From the NCBI RefSeq assembly GCF_036321535.1, contig NC_087437.1:66590001-66654000 (forward strand): 64,000 nucleotides of DNA, read 5' to 3'. Shown here in pieces: positions 63,707 to 64,000 of the stretch. Under the pieces are notes generated by a model. That model was not told the origin of the DNA and made no database searches. It saw only the letters and a program-made list of their open reading frames with translations. Position numbers and translations under genes: made by a program. This DNA comes from Camelus dromedarius. Its lineage: Eukaryota. Within the stretch, counting starts at the first letter, position 1. Every line of letters begins with the position of its first letter.

Positions 63707-64000
63707 AAACTTCACTGGGATGGACTGGATTGAGTTTTTAATACCAGCCCCCTCCAAAGACCAAAAACTGTGTAAAGATGACACTAAGGGGCAGGAAAAG
63801 CAGCTTCCACAGAGTATGTATGAAGGCAGTAGCTGGAGGAAAAGAAAATAATTTCATGTTTGCTTCTCACTAAATTCAGACCATTCACCAAACCAGTTAC
63901 AGAGATAAAACAAGTCATGCCCTAGATTCTACTTGTTAAAATACTCTTCTTCCCTTTTCTATATTGTAAGGTTTAGGCATCTCACTTCTGCTGTTTGGTC

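Noticed and set aside
60000..64000. 3' exons of ADPRH, expected upstream of PLA1A by human synteny (COX17 likewise upstream of POPDC2)
   Set aside because: No matching coding sequence seen; probably outside the window.
1..64000. CRISPR arrays, operons, prophage, defence systems, rRNA, numts
   Set aside because: The DNA is intron-containing mammalian sequence; no regularly spaced repeats or such genes were seen.

Overview
Eukaryotic (placental mammal) genomic DNA. A camelid host is inferred from a TSD-flanked tRNA-Ala-derived SINE and the absence of Alu, B1 or Bov-tA elements. Two intact multi-exon genes lie tail-to-tail. POPDC2 (+ strand, CDS 624-16314, 4 coding exons) has two alternative C-termini, giving 368 or 364 aa. 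PLA1A/PS-PLA1 (- strand, CDS 57159-32690, 11 exons) encodes 455 aa with the triad S165/D189/H259 intact. All exons were delimited by hand, have GT-AG boundaries and phase correctly. The rest is intron/intergenic DNA rich in L1, L2, L3, MIR, LTR and DNA-transposon remnants; nearly all other ORFs in the supplied track are noise. I see no new protein-coding system. Most interesting observations: (1) an unexplained ~130-bp imperfect inverted repeat in POPDC2 intron 3 enclosing a perfect MEF2 site; (2) tandem 5' splice sites 4 nt apart in PLA1A that reproduce the deltaC frameshift and predict an NMD target; (3) a dual-donor switch of the POPDC2 C-terminal tail; (4) a 56-bp templated insertion copied from 1.8 kb away into an L1; (5) a MIR-donated poly(A) signal; (6) a GC-directed amino-acid substitution cluster in POPDC2 exon 1. 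Human comparisons and repeat family names are from memory, not from a database search.
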